Positions 31,664 through 64,000 of a DNA stretch of 64,000 bases are shown in pieces. Source of the DNA: the human T2T-CHM13v2.0 reference genome, Homo sapiens. The notes below the pieces were generated by a model. The model was given only the letters and a program-made list of their open reading frames with translations, made no database searches and had not been told where the DNA came from. Location: NCBI RefSeq assembly GCF_009914755.1, contig NC_060931.1; one strand, given 5' to 3'. Both the position numbers and the translations under genes were made by a program. Positions within the stretch are counted from its first letter, which is position 1, and every line of letters starts with the position of its first letter.

Positions 31664-32643
31664 CTGAATGACCAGGATGACTCCTTCACTCTTATATCTG
31701 GTGAACATGCTGGTGTGGATGGAACAGTAAGAGCATGGAAGGAGCTCTCTCTCCTTGCAGCCTCTTAGGTGGCTGGCCTGGGCTTCCTCACAACATAGTG
31801 GTCACAGGTAAGATGGACTTCTGCAGTAGCTGGCTTACCCCAAAGCAAGCATTTCAAGATGCCCAATTGAAAGGTGCAAACTTACGACCTAGACTAATAA
31901 GTCCTAGAATGTCACTTCTGCCACATTGTATTGGTCAAGTAAGCCACTAGAGCCAGCCAGATTCAAGGAGTGGGGGACTTAGACTGTACCTCTCAATGAG
32001 AGAAGAAGCAAAGAAATTATGACCATCTTTAATTGACGATGCTCCCATTCAGTACTGTGAGCATATTGAAATGTAGAACATAACTTCTACCTGAGCAACG
32101 AGCCAGAAGAGTGTATGTTTTGACTTGAGAAGCGTCAGCAGGGAATGTTACAGCAGCAGCCAGAGCAAGGAGACAGCCAGTGGAGACTACCATATTAGAA
32201 CTGAGAGAATGTGCCTCTGAGGACATGCTGGAGGAAACAGAAGCTGGGAGGATTGCATTCCCGCGTACACACTAGGCACATCCTAGAGAACTCCTGAACA
32301 GTTGGAGAGAATTTGGAAATCATCAGCAAATAAGAAGAGACTCAGAGAAACAATACCTTTTTATTATTGTAATGTGATGTCATTTCACACGCACACACAG
32401 GTATGGCCAAAGGAATCACCTATTGTAACAACAAGACTTTTAAGCCCAGGCAACATGGTGAAACCTTGTCTCTACAAAAAATACAAAACTTAGCCAGGCG
32501 TGATGGTGTGTGCCTGTAATATCAGCTACTCGAGAGACTGAAGGGGGAGGATTGCTTGAGCCCAGGAGATTGAGGCTGCAGTGAGCCGAGATTATGGCAC
32601 TGCACTCCAGCTTGGGCGGCAGAGAGACCCGGTCTCAATAATA

Positions 32644-32645
<2 letters not shown>

Positions 32646-32678
<33 letters not shown>
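32646..32678. repeat. (TG)n microsatellite 3' of a partial Alu (32443-32640)
   Basis: About 16 perfect units. Confidence 0.95.
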
Positions 32679-32680
<2 letters not shown>

Positions 32681-33215
32681 TTTAAGACTTCTGCAGTGAC
32701 TACATAGCTTTACCAGATAATGATATTCCCATCATAAACCATTTTGTTACTCTGTGAGAAACACATAATCTAAAATTGATGGGTCTCACACTTTGCAGTC
32801 AATGGATATTAAATAGAGTAGTGAAATAAAAAATTGATGTATATTTTAACATCATTCATGGGCTGGAAGAATATGTCAATAGCTGTTGCTAATGCAATAA
32901 ATAGCTCCAAATATAGCAACTGCAGCCATGTATCTCAATACTATAATAGAGTGAGCCAAAGGAAAAATTCAGAAAACAATAAATATACACAGACTACAAG
33001 TGCACAAGGCCAACAAGAATTCCTTACCACCACTACCACAAAATAAATCTTTAAATGTCTTCCTCACTGGATAGAAATTGTTCTTTTTTTCATCAACATC
33101 CTATCCCATGAGAGCTATCTATTGCCTGCTACCCCGTCCCTTCCGCCCCTTCTCCCTCAGAGAAAACTACCTTGGATGAACTACATTTTTAGAACATTAA
33201 TTCACTAACTTCTAA

Positions 33216-36962
<3,747 letters not shown>

Positions 36963-37249
36963 ACTTAGGAGTCTCCAAAAGTCTCTTAGACTCAGATTTG
37001 GGATTTTACCTGGGTGGAGGTAGATCTCTTTGTCTCTCTTACTGATACTCTGTGAATAATTAAAAGTGGGAGAGGGTGTGAATTTTAAAATCTTTGAAAA
37101 CAACCCTACCTTTGCATGATTGTGTTTCTCTAAATAGACTTATGGGGTGAATATTGTCTGTTATCAAGAAATTATTGAGATTCTTAATTAGAGTTTTCAA
37201 AATTCAAACTTGACACTACTAATTTCACCTTCTCCTTTTTATGTTATTT

Positions 37250-38258
<1,009 letters not shown>

Positions 38259-38389
38259 TAAACTCCCACAAATAAGGGAGAGAGCCTAATATTCCAAAAG
38301 AAAATGGAGGGGCAAAGAAGTATTAATATTTATGGCTATAAAAGACAATATATAACATATTAAATCTGAATGCTGGCCAAGTAGATGAT

Positions 38390-38820
38390 TGTGGCCAGCG
38401 GCATTCCTCAAAGATGGTCACAGCGTTATCTCCCATCCTTTGTACTCATCTGCAATGTGGCCTTCACATTCTTCCTATGATGAAATGGGGTCTACTTTCC
38501 TCCCCTTTACTCCAGGCTGACTTGTGACTCATTGCCTTTCAAGGTTAGATCAGACGAGGCATTGCAGCTTCCGCCCTGCTCACTAGAATACTCACTGTTG
38601 AAATCTGCAACTGCTAGATAAGTAGTGCAACTACCCTGAGGCCCGGACTAGCCCAACCCAGTCGCATGGTGAGACCTGGAGAGGCCAGATAGTGAGAGAG
38701 TGGAGGGCCGGCCCCAGCGGCTCTAGCCCCATGCTGTTGCAGCCCCAGCCATTCTCTGACAGCAACCTCAGGAAGGATCCCAAGCCAGACCCACCCAGGC
38801 AAGCCCTCTTGCAGCAAAGC
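38390..38820 (+). mobile_element. MLT1G/H-like MaLR LTR
   Basis: TGTGG..AAAGATGGTCACA, CTTGTGACTC, GCAGCTTCCGCC, ACTACCCTGAG, AGCAACCTCA. Confidence 0.65.
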
Positions 38821-38839
38821 CCTCCCCCTCACCCACACA

Positions 38840-39290
38840 AACCAGGTGTGTCCTAAAGGAAAAGTACTGAAGGGCCTTAAGGGACATGATCAGGCCATCT
38901 CTGTCCACCAACTGGTGTTTATCAAAGTTAGGCTCCTACGCTTCCACAGAGACTGGAAGACAGGGGCCTTATCTTTCCTAATGATATTTCAAAGGGATGG
39001 CTCCCAGGTCCTTGAAAAACATATTCCACAGTTGAAGAAAATAGATATACACCTCAAAAAGACAGAGAAAGGATTTACAATTGCAAGATTTCAAAGGTAA
39101 ATGGTCCAAGACAAAGGAGGTCAGGGGTCTATCATCAGGTTTTGGCTGCAACTAACAGTAAATTCTTTTGGCAACCTTAAGTTTTTACAGGCAGAAATGT
39201 AAGGGGGGCTGGGTTATCCCGGGGCATGGCCTTTGGCCACTAGAAGCCCTACTGGAGATTAGTTAACTCTCTTAGTGTGGAGGTTGAATT
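38840..39290 (-). mobile_element. ERV1 LTR fragment (MER31/MER67-like)
   Basis: AAAGGGATGGCTCCCAGGTCCTTGA and ATTTACAATTGCAAG..GTAAATG motifs. Confidence 0.6.
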
Positions 39291-39334
39291 GTGTGTTTCT
39301 TCTTCTGGAGACTTTTTCACAGCTCTATTTTGCT

Positions 39335-44051
<4,717 letters not shown>

Positions 44052-44354
44052 TAAAGAAAATTCTGCCAAGTTTTAGGTGCAGTTCTGTCTCAAAATGATC
44101 AGAATTCTGCCACCAGTGTTCTTTTGAGACAGTACTAAATGTAAAAGGGAATTTGGCTTTCATTTTTTCTAATCTCTGAATTGTCAAGCTTGGGTCAATA
44201 ATCGCAGAAGTAAGCAGCCCTCTGTTGTGAGAAAAAGTTATAATCAGTATTCGTCTCCTTGTTTTGTAACTGTTCTCTCTAATTGTGTCATTTGTATTGT
44301 TTGAAAGTATTTCTTCTATAAAATTAAACTAACCTGTCTTGAGAAAAAGTTTTA

Positions 44355-45458
<1,104 letters not shown>

Positions 45459-45571
45459 CTATGATGACACCACTGTACTCCAGCCTGGGCAACAGAATGA
45501 GACCCTGTCTCTACCAAAAAAAAAAAAAAAAAAAAATTATAAAAGAATCAGATGTATTGAGGTATAGTTAT

Positions 45572-46010
45572 TATCAACCTCAATAAGAATCTGAAGCAAA
45601 ATCTGAGGCAATGTTGAGGACTGCAGCCCAGGACACACTTCCAAGTTTCCTTGAAAAGTCCACTGTTCAGCCTTTGTTACAGCAGGATTTTAAAGACAAT
45701 GGGGACCAGGAATGGGCTGGTCCAAAGTTGTCTCACAGGAATTCTTACTGGTTTACAGAAATAGCATTGGTTTGTGATTGGCTATACGTTGTTGAACTAC
45801 AGGGTATGAGTTATGGTGTCCAGCATGTGGCATTTTATGGCTACTTGGCGTCTGTCAGTCTGGAGCCCACATACCAAGTGGCTTCAAGAGGTACTTACTT
45901 AGCCTAAGCGGGGAGTGAGACGTGACCGCTGTTGCATTTCAATGCCTCTCTGGGTCTGATCATTAAATGGGGCTCACATTTCTTAGAAAAAAAGTTTCTT
46001 TTCTTTCTCA
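45572..46010 (-). mobile_element. ERV1 (MER4-group) solo LTR
   Basis: GTTGAGGACTGCAGCCCAGGA and ATTGGCTATAC, similar to the LTR at 13890-14352; ends TTCTCA. Confidence 0.6.
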
Positions 46011-46087
46011 TCATGGTAGAGTAAAATACGTTCTTTTAAGGTGTATAGATCTGAATTTTGACAAGCAAAAAAGTTGTGTAATAACAA

Positions 46088-47900
46088 TGTTGAGTTTTGC
46101 CTAAGCCCTGTGATCTCAGATAACAGTGATGATGAAATCTCCCAAACTTTTATGTTCCAGGAAACAACTTATTGCAAAGAAGGACCCTTCCCCAAGAGAC
46201 TGAGATATCTCCCTTGTTTACCCATAACAAAACCAGATACACAACCTCCAAATTCCCATGTGTTGCCTCCTAAAGGATTAGTTGGACAACTGAAATGAAC
46301 GACTGAGGCATAGATCTCAATCATCAAGGTTTATCAAGCCAGTTTTAAGGTGTGTCCAGGAAAAAACATAAGCCATAGACACACTTGTGGCTGTTTTTTG
46401 GAAGAGGTTTTGAGGAGGTTTAGTATTTATTTATTTCCTTAAGGGCTGGGGAGACATATAGGTTAGACAGTAAGACAAGCAACCGCATTCCCATGAGACT
46501 TTAGTTAGCGCCCAGTAAGTCTACATTTTACATAAGATAAGGTGAAAGTTTCAACAGGAAGAGGAAGTAAAGAAGAAGTCAATTATGAAGATATTGCTGG
46601 GTAGGTGGAGGAAATGATTCTTGACTTTAATAAGCTTGTTAATAGACATGATCAGTTTTAGGAGCTAGACTTAGATTGTTGACTTGATTTACAATTGGCG
46701 TGTCCAGGTTTATGGGGGGCTAGCAAAGAATTTCTCATGAATGATCTGTGGGGGCAGCCCTTGGAAGACGCGTGAGGCCATTTACCTTTCCCCGGGGATC
46801 TGGTTGACGGCTAATGGTAGTAACAGCTATTCATTTGGAAGAGGGTGTTCAAGGACTCAGCCTCTGCTTAAGCTTCCTTTTTGCATAAGAAGTTTGCTGG
46901 GTCCTAAGTATTACCCAGACTAGAGGGCAGTGGCACCATCACAGCTCATTGCAGCCTTGAACTCCTGGGCTTAAGCCATCATTCCACCTCAGCCTCTCAA
47001 GTAGCTGACTATAGGCATGCCTCACCACACCTGGCTAACTCTTTTTTTTTTTTTTTTTTTTTCGGTAGAAATGGGGTCTCGTCATTTTACCCAGGCTGGT
47101 CTTGAACTCCTCGGCTCAACCAGCCTTCCTGCCTCGGCCTCCCAAAGTTTGGCCATTGCACCTGGCCAAAGCAAGTGCTTTTAACCAGACTTTGAGTTTC
47201 TCTTTTACTTTCCAGGCTCTTGAACTTTGATCCACCCTCAACCTGAGCCAGTATACAACCCTTCCTTACAGAATTCACCCAAGAATAAGCTGACCTCAGT
47301 CTAAAACATTTGCTTTCCATCAGACCATCTCCATCCTTTCACCCCACTTCCCCACACCTTTCTAGCCTCATTTACTTTTCCCTGCAATAGAAAAGCTCTT
47401 TCTGCCCAACCTTTGGGACACTTGGAGATCTTAGGGCAAGAGCATTCTTCCAGTTGGAAATAGTCTCTTTTCCTCCTCCTCTACCAATTATGCTTTCAAA
47501 GTACTGTTGCCCCACCCTGGCTTATACACTGCTTTGCTTTCCGAGGTTCCAGTTACCCGGGGTCAATCTCGATCTGAAAGTAGTATCTTAATAAATGGAA
47601 AAGTCCATAAATAAACAATTCATGAGTTTTAAATTGCACACTGTTCTGAGAAGGGTGATGAAATCCCACACCATTCCACCTGGGAAGTGGATCAGCCATT
47701 TGTCCAGTGGATCCATGTTGTATACACTGCCCACCCAAAAATCACTTAGTAGCTGTCTGGGTTATCAGATTTAGAGAACATTATACATAGGATTGTGTAT
47801 ATCTGCAGTTCAGGCATCCACTAGGGGTCCTGGGACATATGCAGATAAGGGAGGGAACTACTGTATTTCCTTACCTAAATTCAGGAGTTGTTTTTTGACA
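46088..47900 (+). mobile_element. MER90-like ERV1 LTR hosting a MER4-like LTR (~46292-46910, -), an Alu (46910-47167, -) and MER44
   Basis: TGTTGAG...TTTGACA termini; the sequence resumes after each insert. Subfamilies are tentative. Confidence 0.55.
47504..47863. mobile_element. MER44/Tigger7-type DNA transposon
   Basis: TA-flanked; CAGGCATCCACTAGGGGTC.TGG and GATAAGGG.GG..ACTACTG-TA terminus. Confidence 0.85.
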
Positions 47901-47901
47901 G

Positions 47902-48966
<1,065 letters not shown>

Positions 48967-50215
48967 TGTTAAAAGAAAAACATCCGCTGAATTAAATTTA
49001 AAGGAGTATAATTGAGCAGTGAACAATTCGCAAAGTGGGCAGCCCCCAGAATCACAGCAAATTCAGACAGACTCCAGGGATGCCTCGTGGTCAGAGTAAA
49101 TTTATAAACACAAAAGTAAAATGACGTACAGAAATTGTAAGCCAGGTACAAAAACAGCTAGATTGGATACAGGTTGGCATTTGCCTTATTTGAACACTCA
49201 GCAGTGTATAGTGGGTGAAGTAAGGCTGCTGGGTTTGGCCAGGACTCAGCGATTGTTACAGGCACATACTCCTAGGTTAGGTTTTCAATCTTATCTACCT
49301 ATTAAGTTAGGTTGCAGTTCATCAATATGGACTCAAATATAGAAGTACAGAGTCCTTCTCAGGCCGTATTTTATTCGCTTTAACAATTCCCTCCTTTTGG
49401 CCATTTTCTCAATTTTGAGAGATTAACCAAAACTTTAGTCACCATCATAAATGCACTTACTCGGTCTTGAAACCTACTGGGAAACAGTAGAACAGTGGGT
49501 TTTGCAAGGTAGGAACAAGGGCTAGAACAGAGGGTACCTCCTTATGCTGGAACATCCTGTTTACAGGAGAAAAACAAAACCCGGTCTGTTCTAGGATCTA
49601 TGTGTTTCCTTAAAGTCTTAGTTTGATTATGTCACATTTAGCATGACTGACTCCATTTTGGTTTGGTTTGGTCTGTTGGGGCCTAGTGTGTGAGCTCAGT
49701 CCAAAACAATGGCCTCTCATAATTTTGTTTAAAATTTTTGGTCAGGTTCTCATTTAGGTGAGAGTGTGTCAAAAACTTAGGGCCTTAGGTAACTCTCAGT
49801 TACCATCATTTTGGGTTTCTGGTCTCAGCATATCATCCATAAGTTAAGGTGTCCTCAGGGTCACACACTTCTTTCAGCTCTTGTCATTCCAGTTGGAGAG
49901 AGACCATTTGACATTCTAGAGATAGCTGGATGCAAACACTTAAAACCTTTGAGAGAATACAGTATACCAGACTATTATGACTTTTGGAAGGATAATACCA
50001 AGAGTTTGGAGTATGCGCCTTACCCAGTGTTCCCATGAACCAAACCACCTAAAATCAAATAGATCAAAAAGAATGAGGTAGATAAAGAGTCGACTTGCTT
50101 AGCTAAGCAGTCTTTTCATTAATCCCCTATAACTGAATCTGTATAATACCCAATGTTTTCTTCATAGGCCATAAGTGCCAGCAGCTGCCCAGATACTTTT
50201 TACGTTTAGCAATTC
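48967..50215 (-). mobile_element. MER57-like 3' LTR (48967-49385) plus adjacent internal 3' region, truncated
   Basis: TGTTAAAAGAAAAAC...GCTTTAACA LTR followed by ATTCCCTCCTTTT (antisense PPT) and internal sequence. Confidence 0.8.
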
Positions 50216-50394
50216 TATTATTATTATTATTATTGAGACAGAGTCTCTCTCTCAAAAAAAAAATCTTTAAGTTATAGGGTCTGCTATATGAACTTTCAGT
50301 CGACACTACTAGCAATGTAAAGGAGTCACAGTTGTATCCCATCTTTGGCAGTACTTGGTATCGTCAGAGTTAGGGAGTTTTATTCATTCTAATA

Positions 50395-53300
50395 GGTAAC
50401 AACATATTTCTGAGTTGCAAATTACTTGCCTCCACTGTGAGAGAAACCCCAGCCACAACTCCAGCACACAAGAACTTCAAAACGTCTGAACCACAATGGC
50501 CAGGCGTTCCTCCAGGACCGCCTCCCCCAGGATCTTGCTTCAAGTGCCACAAATCTGGCCACTGGCCAAGGAATGCCCACAGCCCGGGATTCCTCCTAAG
50601 CCATGTCCCATCTGTGCGGGACCCCACTGGAAATCAGACTGTCCAACTCACCTGGCAGCCATTTCCAGAGCCCCTAGAACTCTGGCCCAGGGCTCTGTGA
50701 CTGACTCCTTCCCGGATCTTCTCAGCTTAGCAGCTGAAGACTGACACTGCCCGATCGCCTTGGAAGCCTCCTGGACCATCACAGATGCTTTGGGTAACTC
50801 TTAAAGTGGAGGGTAAGTCTGTCCCCTTCTTAGTCAATACAGAGGCTACCCACTCCACATTACCTTCTTTTCAAGGGCCTGTTTCCCTTGCCTCCATAAC
50901 TGTTGTGGATGTTGACGGCCAGGCTTCTAGACCTCTTAAAACTCCCCAACTCTGGTGCCAACTTGGACAATATTCTTTTAAGCACTCCTTTTTAGTTATC
51001 CCTACCTGCCCAGCTCCCTTATTAGGTCAAGACATTTTAACTAAATTATCTGATTCCCCGACTATTCCTAGGCTACAGCCATACCTCATTGCTGCCCTTT
51101 TCCCCACTTCAAAGCCTCCTTCACATCCTCCCCTTGTATCTCCTCACCTTAATCTACAAGTATAGGACAACTCTACTGTCTCCTTGGAGACAGATCATGT
51201 ACCCCTTACCATCTCATTAAAATCTAATCACCCTTACCCTGCCACACTTTAAAAGGATTAAAGCCCGTTATCACTTGCCTGTTACAGCTTGGCCTTTTAA
51301 AGCCTATAAACTCTCCTTACAATTCCCCCACTTTACCTGTCCAAAAACCAGACAGGCCTTACAGGTTAGTTCAGGATCTGCGCCTTATCAACCAATTGTC
51401 TTGCCTATCCAACCCATGGTGCCAAAGCCATATACTCTCCTATCCTCAATACCTCCTTCCAAAACCCCTCCATAACCCATTATTCTGTTCTGGGTCTCAA
51501 ATGCGCTTTCTTTACTATTCCTTTGCACCCTTCATCACAAAGCCTCTCTTCACTTTCACTTGGACTGACCCTGACACCCATTAGGCTCAGCAAATTACCT
51601 GGGCTGTACTGCCACAAGGCTTCAAAGACAGCTCCCATTACTTCAGTCAAGCCCAAATTTCTTCCTCATCCATTACCTATCTCTGCATAATTCTTCGTGA
51701 AAACACAATGCTCTCCCTGCCGATCGTGTCTGACTGATCTCTCAAACTCCAACCCCTTCTACAAAACAACTCCTTTCCTTCCTGGGCATACTTTTGCCTT
51801 CGGATACCTGGTTTTGCCATCCTAACAAAACCATTATATAAACTCACAAAAGGAAACCTAGCTGACCCCATAGATCCTAAATCCTTTCCCCACTTCCTTC
51901 TCCATTCCTTGAAAAACAGCCCTAAAAGCTGCTCCCACACTAGCTCTCCCTAACTCATCCCAACCTTTTTCATTACACACAACCAAAGTGCAGGGCTGTC
52001 TGGTTGGAATTCTTACACAAGAGCTGGGACCCCGCCCTGTAGGCTTTCTGTCCAAACAACTTGACCTTACTCTTTTAGCCTAGCCCTCATGTCTGGGTGT
52101 GGCGGTTGCTGCTGCTTTAATACTTTTAGAGGCACTCAAAATCACAAGCTATGCTCAACTCACTCTCTACAGTTCTCATAACTTCCAAAATCTATTTTCT
52201 TCCTCATACCTGACACATATACTTTCTGCTCCCTGGATCCTTCAGCTATACTCACTCTTTGTTGAGTCTCCCACAATTACCATTGTTCCTGGCCCGGACT
52301 TCAATCCTGCCTCCCACATTATTTCGGATACCACACCTGACCCCCATGACTGTATCTCTCTGATACACCTGACATTCACCCCATTTCTCCATATTTCCTT
52401 CTCTCCTGTTCCTCACCCTGATCACACTTGGTTTATTGATGGCAGTTCCACAGGCCTAATCGCCACACACCAGCAAAGGCAGGCTATGCTATAGTATCTT
52501 CCACATCTATCATTGAGCCTACCACTCTGCCCCCCTCCACTACCTCTCAGCAAACCGAACTCATTGCCTTAACTCAATCCCTCACTTTTGCAAAGGAATT
52601 ACACGTCAATATTTTTATTGACTCTAAATATGCCTTCCATATCCTGCACCACCATGCTGTTATATGGGCAGAAAGAAATTTCCTCACTACACAAGGGTCC
52701 TCCATCATTAATGCCTTTTTAATAAAAACTCTTCTAAAAGCCGCTTTACTTCCAAAGGAAGCTGGAGTCATTCACTGCAAGGGCCATCAAAAGGCATCAG
52801 ATCCCATCACTCGGGACAATGCTTATGCTGATAAGGTAGCTAAAGAAGCAGCTAGTGTTCCATCTTCTGTCCCTCATGGCCAGTTTTTCTCCTTCTCATT
52901 GGTCACTCCTATTTACTCTCCTACTGAAATTTCCACCTATCGATCTCTTCCCACTCAAGGCAAATGGTTCTTGGACCAAGGAAAATATCTCCTTCCAGCC
53001 TCACAGGCACATTCTATTCTGTTGTCATTTCATAACCTCTTCCACGTAGGTTACAAGCTGCTAGACTGCCTCTTAGAGGCTCTCATTTCCTTTCCATCGT
53101 GGAAATCTATCCTCAAGGAAATCACTTCTCAGTGTTCCATCTGCTATTCTACTACTCCTCAGGGAGTGTTCAGGCCCCCTCCCTTCCCTACACACCGAGC
53201 TTGGGGATTTGTGCCTGCCCAGGACTGGCAAATTGACTTTACTCACATGCCTCGAGTCAGGAAACTAAAATACCTCTTGGTCTGGGTAGACACTTTCACT

Positions 53301-54016
53301 GGATGGATAGAAGCCTTTCCCACAGGGTCTGTAACCAGGCCATCACTAATCATTCTATACGACAAATGTTTCTTCTAACAACCCCACAATATCACCCCTT
53401 ACCACAGAATCTTCCTTTAGCTTAATCTCTCCCACCGTAGGTTCCCACACCGCCCCAATCCCGCTCAAAGCAGCCCTGAGAAACATTGCCCATTATCTCT
53501 CCATACCACCCACCAAAATTTTCACCACCCCAACACTTTGACACTATTTTGTTTTATTTTTCTTATTAATATAAGAATACAGGAATGTCAGGCCTCTGAG
53601 CCCAAGCTAAGCCATCATATCCCGTGACCTGCACGTCTACATCCAGATGGCCTGAAGCAACTGAAGACCCACAAAAGAAGTGAAAATAGCCTTAACTGAT
53701 GACATTCCACCATTGTGATTTGTTTCTGCCCCACCCTAACTGATCTATGTACTTTGTAATTCTCCCCATCCTTAAGAAGGTTCTTTGTAATTCTCCCCAC
53801 CCTTGAGAATGTACTTTGTGAGATCCACCCGCTGCCCGCAAAACATTGCTCCTAACTCCACCACCTGTCCCAAAACCTATAAGAACTAATGATAATCCCG
53901 CCACCCTTTGCCGACTCTCTTTTCGGACTCAGCCCACCTGCACCCAGGTGAAATAAACAGCCTTGTTGCTCACACGAAGCCCGTTTGGTGGCCTCTTCAC
54001 ACAGACACATGAAACA
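50395..54016 (+). mobile_element. Second HERV-H provirus, 5'-deleted (gag NC, pro, deleted RT, RNase H, partial IN, 3' LTR 53586-54016)
   Basis: CFKCHKSGHW; NTEATHSTL (protease site); WAVLPQGF; WFIDGSS; WQIDFTHMP..WVDTFTGWIEAFPT; PPT; LTR7B-type LTR. No 5' LTR or PBS. Confidence 0.95.
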
Positions 54017-57190
<3,174 letters not shown>

Positions 57191-57289
57191 TTGGTTTATG
57201 GAGTTTGTTTGCTTGAAAGTTAGTTACAGACATTTTGAGAGGTCACCCCTAAATATATGGGCATTGCCCTCCATGCAGCAGCAGGAGGC

Positions 57290-57940
57290 AGCCCAGGCCT
57301 GACATTTCCCAATCTCCTTTCCTCCCACACCAGAGGCTCCAAACAGAGATTGGAAGCTCACTGACACTTGGAAGGACTAAGAAACAGTCTTGGTCCTTTC
57401 ATCCCCAGCATCTCCCACTCCCACCTAGCAGCACCAGTAGGCCCAGCAAGTGTTTTCACCACCACACATGGCACCAGCAGGGATTGAAGGGGTCCCTGCC
57501 AGCACTGGGCAAGCTCATAATTGTGCTATCCTCCCTGTAGCACTGATGTCTCCCATGCCCACCTAGCAACACCAGGACCTGAGAAGTATATTCTGCCTAA
57601 GCAGGTGCCCCAGAAACCCCAGGTGAATCAAGCAGACCAGAATAGCACTATCAGAGCTCTGAAAACTAAATTGTCCTGGGGCCCACAGCCCAAAAAGGTA
57701 AGTCAAGACACACGCATTAACCCTATACAGATAATTACTTGCTAAAACAGAAGATTTAAATAGATTTCAGCCTCCTAACATAATATCAGAAATGTATAGG
57801 ATGCAACAGAGAATCATTTGTTATACCAAGAACCAGGAACACCACAAACTGACATGAGAAAAGATTATCAACAGCCACAGTAGTGAGGTGAATCAGATGT
57901 TGGAATTATCTGACAGGGATTTTAAACCAATATCATTTAA
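57290..57940 (+). mobile_element. Old L1M 5' region / ORF1 start remnant
   Basis: CCAAGAACCAGGAA and CAGATGTTGGAATTATCTGACAGGGATTTTAAA motifs. Confidence 0.6.
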
Positions 57941-58041
57941 TGAATGCACTTGCAATGAAGAACTTTTAAAACTTGAAACCAGTTCAAAACAATGAAGAAA
58001 ATTATTTGTTACTTATGTAAGAATTAAAATGTCTAGATATC

Positions 58042-59709
<1,668 letters not shown>

Positions 59710-59793
59710 AGTATGTGTGACTTTTATGATACAAAATTATTTAAATAATTAATAATAAAAAGATAAGAAAATCAAAGAAAAAAATGAACAAAG

Positions 59794-60745
<952 letters not shown>

Positions 60746-61012
60746 AAAGGACTTAAACTGGCAATTTTTAATAATGAAAATAGCCAAAAATGTTCAAAAA
60801 TGTCTATTCTCTCAAACACACATTTGAGCAAATATACAGTAAAGTATTTTCAAAACATTTCTCATCCATGAGTTTGGATGAGATTTAAAATATTTGACAA
60901 ATATTTGATGAGGCTATAGAAAATAGGTATACAAAGAAGCACTGATGTGATTTCAGATAAAGTTTCAGGAATGAAACAGTTTAGCAATTTTATTTAAAAA
61001 AATTTTTTTTCT

Positions 61013-62973
<1,961 letters not shown>

Positions 62974-63121
62974 TTAAGAAATTAACACTTTTTTTTTGGT
63001 CAGGTGTGATGATATATATTTTTTTAATGTCTTTATCCATTGGGGATACATACAGAAGTATCTATAGGTGAAATGCTGCAATTTAATATGAAATAATAAG
63101 CAAATAAAGAAAGTAGAGGAG

Positions 63122-63481
63122 TGTATTAGTCCATTTTCATGCTGCTGATAAACACATACCTGAGACTGGGCAATTTACAAGTGAGAAAGTTTTATTGGAT
63201 TTACAGTTCCACATGGCTGAAGAGGCCTCACAATCATGACAGAAGGTGAAAGGCATGTCTCACATGGCAGCAGACAAGAGAAGAGAGCTTGCTCAGGGAA
63301 ACTCCTTTTTTAAAAAACCATCAAATCTGGTGAGATTTATTCACTATCACAAGAACAGCACGGGAAAGACCCACCCCCAAAATTCAACTACATTCCACCG
63401 GGTTCCTCCCATGACATGTGGGAATTGCAGGAATTACCATACAAGATGATATTTGGGTAGGGACACAGCCAAACCATATCA
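63122..63481 (-). mobile_element. THE1 (THE1B/C-like) solo LTR
   Basis: TGTATTAGTCCATTTTCATGCTGCTGATAAA...GGACACAGCCAAACCATATCA; perfect 5-bp TSD AGGAG. Confidence 0.95.
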
Positions 63482-63723
63482 AGGAGTATACATCAAAAGA
63501 AGATTTCTAAAAATTGATAATTTTTGCAAATAGATGATGGCTACATAGTTCTGTGCTATGTTATTCCCTCCACTTTAAAATATACTTAAGATTTCCATAG
63601 TAAGAAGCTTTATTAAATATATAAATAATTGGAAAAAATTCAGTGGCATATTTACAAGTTATCTCTATGTGGTGAGATTGGGAATTATCTACTTCTTTAA
63701 CTTTTGTGTGCCTGAATTAGATG

Positions 63724-64000
<277 letters not shown>

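Noticed and set aside
44205-44348. Possible processed-pseudogene 3' end (ATTAAA followed by an A-rich stretch)
   Set aside because: No recognisable parent, no TSD and only a 5-A run; needs BLASTN to support.

Overview
Primate (human-like) genomic DNA made almost entirely of transposable elements. I found no host protein-coding gene, RNA gene or CRISPR array. The ORF-track hits are Alu read-through, L1 ORF2 remnants or degraded retroviral genes. There are three proviruses, all on the + strand: (1) a two-LTR HERV-H with LTR7B-type LTRs (15070-20323) inside a Tigger2 DNA transposon; (2) an env-less HERV-K14/HML-1 provirus with LTR14A LTRs (25016-31663) inside an MLT1 LTR; (3) a 5'-deleted second HERV-H (50395-54016). 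Around them are more than 60 Alus, nested L1s and about a dozen solo LTRs. The most unusual observation is the env slot of the HML-1 provirus: it holds a collapsed second pol from another betaretrovirus lineage, followed by a class-I-type polypurine tract and a MER41-like LTR start. Other points of note are three Alus inserted serially at one regenerated target site, a MER41B LTR with both STAT1 GAS motifs intact, a tRNA-Phe-like primer site on the HERV-H, and an inverted-Alu excision scar. Subfamily names are from recalled consensus motifs, not from a database search. I cannot support a wholly new biological system here.
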